Assembly (NCBI GenBank): GCA_013239625.1
Contig: MU057344.1
Location: 9,026,727 to 9,090,726 of the forward strand
Reading direction: 5' to 3'
DNA length: 64,000 bases
Source: Lama guanicoe
Taxonomy: Eukaryota
Positions within the stretch are counted from its first letter, which is position 1. Each line of letters begins with the position of its first letter. The notes beneath the pieces were generated by a model that saw only the letters and a program-made list of their open reading frames with translations, did not search any database and was not told the origin of the DNA. The position numbers and the translations under genes are program-made. Shown here in pieces: positions 60,086-64,000 of the stretch.

Positions 60086-62289
60086 TAGCAAACACCTTCG
60101 ATTTTATACATCAGAATGAAAAGTGTGTAGAATGAAAAGTATTTCTGTTTTTTGGTTAGAATTTAAACTCCCCCTTTATCTCTTTGTGTTTCTTTCCACA
60201 GGATTTTCTTCTTTATAGCCCCTTCTGGGAATTAGTATTCTCAGCCCTCCATGATCTTAGAATCCCCAGAGAGGTGGATTGAGAGGCCCTCGGGGAGGCA
60301 GGCTGTCCTGTGCTTGCTGGGGTTCAGGCACCGTACTGAGACTATTTCCATTAGAAGTGAGGGAGTTGTGTCTTCATTTGTCATGTGGCGGATTTATGCA
60401 GAGACTGGAGCTTGCCCAAGAGTTGTTCGTAGTGATGCAAATAAGCAAATTTTAAAATACAGGCTGTGACTTTGAGAAAACATTTGTAGAGAAAATAACC
60501 CAATAAAATATTGCAGATGCCTGTTATAATCATTTTATTAGCCCTGTTTGTGGGGATGACGTTCGTAAAGGATTGTAATTTTCTGTGGCATTGTATGAAG
60601 CAAGAATAGACAGGTTTATTTCCCAGAGCCTTATTAAAACTAAGTCCTGCCTGCTGATAGCAGGTTTGCCAAGACATTTGTTTGAACAAGAACAATAAGA
60701 AAAATACTTAAGAACCTTAGTGCCTTTAGTGGCAAAATTTAAAAAAAAAATCCAGTAGATCCCTCCTCCCTCCCTGCTTCAGTAATTCAGGAGTTATATT
60801 TTCCTGATACAACATCAGGTCCTATGAAAAAAGATACTTAATATTCACCTGTTTGTGAAACAGCTGGTCAGTATTCCACTGGCTCTGTACCGTATGGTGG
60901 CTAGCTTCTCCTGAATGTTCTGTGTGGTCCTCAGAAAGTGGACTATACGCTGAGCAAACAGTCTGGACTCTTCCTTGTGTTTCCCAAACCTTCCTTTATG
61001 TTTAAAACTCACCAGGCCTCCCCCAGCGTGTGGGCACACTCTGGTTCATAGAGTCGTGCACGTTTTGGTTCATATTAACTTTGGACAGTTTTAAATCTGG
61101 GATGGTTTACTTGTCTTAGAAATAATTTTTTTCATTATGAGAAACCACGCATTTTGGCTGAAAATGAACTCTATATTTTTGAGCCTTAGAGGTGTTATTT
61201 TCATTTCTGTTGTCTCATTATGACTTTTTTTTTTAAAGCAGTATCCTGTGTCTTTGTTGAAAATGTATTTTGAAAGGGAGTTAGTTCCTAATTTGAAATA
61301 CCACCGTCAAATGACTGGTCTCCCAGTTAGTGGAAGACTCATGGGACTTAAGAAATTTGGGGGAGAGAAGGCTGGCGTCTAGTTAGAGGCAGAAACCTCA
61401 CTGCTAGTGGATGTAGTGGAAGGTAGAAGTGGGACCGATGTTCCTAGGAAACAGCAGTGGGGCGAGGCTGAGTCACTGAGCTTGTGCCAGTGCCTGCCTG
61501 TGCGGTGCTGGGAAGGCCTGGCCTTTTTCACCCCTCCTTGTCCCCTGTATCCAGGCGGTCACCAAGTCTGTACCAGGATTCTTGTATCGACAATCGGGCC
61601 ACTTTTTTCTGCCTCTTCTGTTTCTTTCCTTTTGCATCTCAGTGTAGGCGGCCACCATCCTCTCCCTTCTTATACCACCACATCAGTACTGGTTTTCTGC
61701 CTCCTCCCAGTCCCTTAATCCACACTGCAGCCAGTCTCCCAAATGGCACTCTTCTACTTGAAAGTGTCTTAATGGCTCCTGTTGCCCCCAGCTAAGTCCA
61801 TACTAGTCTCCAGTGTGCTGCATGTTTGGGTTCCTCCTGCTTGCTTTCCCTCTTCTGTCCTGGCCTTCAGTTTCCACCTGCTCAGTGCTTTCTCTGAGGA
61901 GCCTTCCCTGGTTAACCAAGCCACTGGGTATTCCTCGTGTGCTTCTGTAGCAGCACGTGCTTCCCCGACATGCGTGACTTCATGCATTTTCATAGTGTGG
62001 CGGGCTTGCCTAGCTCCTGTGAAGTGGAGCTCTGTAATGATAAGGACCTTGATGGTCCACTCACCTGGTCCTGATGAAGGGCACTCATTTGTCCGGTGGA
62101 GGGGAAGACCCTGTTCCTAGGGCCAGGAGAAGTGGGAGCAGCTGTGCTTCTCCTCCGGAACCTAACTCTTCGGGAGCCTGCGGCAAAGGGGTGTAACTCA
62201 GCAGACATGGACGTGGAGCACCAGTGCTCTGTGACAGCTCCTGCCGTGGAGCCCTTGCTGCCCTCCCTCTCCTTCCAGCCACCACCCCA

Positions 62290-63440
62290 TTTCTCTGCTC
62301 TCCTTTACAGCTAAACTACAAAGAGTCACCTGTAGTCTCCTGTCTCCCCCTCCTCCTCCCGTTCTCTCCTGAACTCCATTAGGCGTTTGTCCCCACCACT
62401 CCTCAAAACCTGTCATGATGACCACCACACCTCCACCTTGTAAATGGAATGCTCGGTTCTCAGTCTGCATCCTGCCCAGCCCACCAGCAGTTCTGGGCGC
62501 AGCTGACCCCCTCTCCTTGAAACCTTTACTTAATTTAAGGGCCCCCGCTCTCTTGGCTCTCCAGATACCTCCCTGGCCATTCCTCTGACCCCAGGTACCA
62601 GAGTCAGTGGGGGTCACGGTCTTTCCTTCCGAGGACAGGTGACCTCGTCCAGGCCGAGGCTTCAAGTGCCATTTCTGGTCTGAGGACATTTCCAGGCTTA
62701 GCCCCTTTGTCAGACCCACTCACGCGTAACTACTTAATCTGTTTTCTTGGCTGTCTGTCAGGTACCTTAAGCCTCAGCACATCCGAAGTAGACTCCAGTC
62801 TCCCGCCAGAACACAGAGACGCCCACAGACCAAGCTTACCTTCCCTCAGTCTGATACAGCCTGGTGATCAGGTTCACTGCAGTCGCTGTGGCATTGTCCT
62901 TGACTTCTCTCTCCCCCCTCCCCCCTCCCTCAAGTCCACAAGCCCATCTGGTCAGCTTCATCCCCGAGATACATCCAGAGTCTGAGCGCTTGCCATCCTC
63001 TTCCCCCCGCCAGCCCTTCCCCCGGAGACTGTTGTAGCCTCCTCTCCTGCCTCCCTGCCTCCCCCTGTCTACCTAGAGCCAGGGTTCTGTCTTCCTCGGA
63101 GCAGCTGGGCTGATGCTCTTGCAGTTCAGTTAGGCATCTTTATCGGTGACAACTTTTCTGGTAGCCCCCTGTTTTCACTCGGAGTAAAGGCCAGCAGCCC
63201 ATGAGTTTCCGCCTGAACCAGCCCCATCTCCTGCTCTCCCCCCCCCCCCACCCCCGGGTCCCCGACCACCCCCGGGTCCCCTGGCCTGAACTTCCTTGCC
63301 GTTGCTTGAACTCAGAGCTCACGCACTCGCCATTTCCTCTGTCCAGGGGCTTCTCTCCCCCAGATATTTGCATGACTCATTTTCTTTACATCTTTGCTCA
63401 CCTGTCAGTGAGTCCTTCCCTGACCCCCTGTGTACCGTTT
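62290..63440 (+). mobile_element. LINE-2 fragments
   Basis: Pyrimidine-rich L2 body motifs (gtttgtccccaccactcctcaaaac, cagctgaccccctctccttgaaac, cattgtccttgacttctctctc, atacatccagagtctga). Boundaries approximate. Confidence 0.6.
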
Positions 63441-64000
63441 ACCTCAGATTGGGCTGGGCTGGGTTTCTCCTGGGCGCAGAGACTCAGAAGTGACTTCAGA
63501 TTTCTCTTTCCTTCCTGAGTGCTCCTGCGTTCTCAGTAATTTAGTTGGGCTTGGAAGAGATGCTCTCTGGAGGTACTTGAACAGTTCTGAGCACATGACT
63601 CTGGAAAATGTGCGAGGTCCAAATATATAATTTTAGTCAGACAAGAGAGAGAATCGTTCCGTTTAAGAGAGACCACTAAGAATGTGACCTAGTCATATGT
63701 TTTGCAATTTCCCTGTTTCAGTTTGGAACCATGAAAAATAGGAATTCACAACTAGTGTCTTGAATTTCAGTATCGGCTACGGCAACACAGTTTTAAGCAC
63801 TACAGTTTCTGTAAACAAAAATATGTTTACAGACCTGTGACTGAACACGGAAAACCTCAGCTCCTCATGGGTGTTGAGGTCATGTTGTGTCTCACTGCCC
63901 ACCGAGTTGGAGTCGCGCATACACAGCAGGTGCTCTGTACAAACATCTGTTGAATGCAGGAGACAGATTTATATCCAGCAGAACTTCATATGTGAGAAAG

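Noticed and set aside
1-64000. CRISPR arrays, operons, prokaryotic defence systems, and the remaining short ORFs
   Set aside because: The sequence is mammalian intronic DNA with no spacer-repeat arrays. The other ORFs have non-ATG starts, overlap repeats or show no recognisable protein motifs.

Overview
Mammalian genomic DNA, not prokaryotic. The young L1 3' ends and the absence of Alu/B1/Bov-A/PRE1/Can-SINE suggest a camelid-like laurasiatherian (inference). The whole window lies inside PRDM2 (RIZ1/RIZ2, PR/SET-domain zinc-finger gene) on the + strand. Exons 2, 3, 5 and 7 are fully visible. Exon 6 is visible only at its last 6 nt, and exon 4 is not visible; both coincide with the two N gaps. 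A CpG island at about 35.5-36.9 kb marks the internal RIZ2 promoter. The introns are mostly old L1/L2/MIR/MER/MLT repeats. Most notable findings: (1) a 687-bp TSD-flanked, poly(A)-tailed antisense retro-insertion in intron 6. It carries an uninterrupted SLAM/LY9-like IgV exon with its own splice acceptor, joined to a short non-Ig tail. (2) A retrocopy of the 3' half of mature tRNA-Cys(GCA) with CCA, whose 5' end and single mismatch fall at the m1G37 and m1A58 reverse-transcription signature sites. (3) A candidate 58-nt poison cassette exon with a 128-nt AG-free pyrimidine tract that would affect RIZ1 and RIZ2 differently. Repeat subfamily names and human comparisons are from memory, not from a search.
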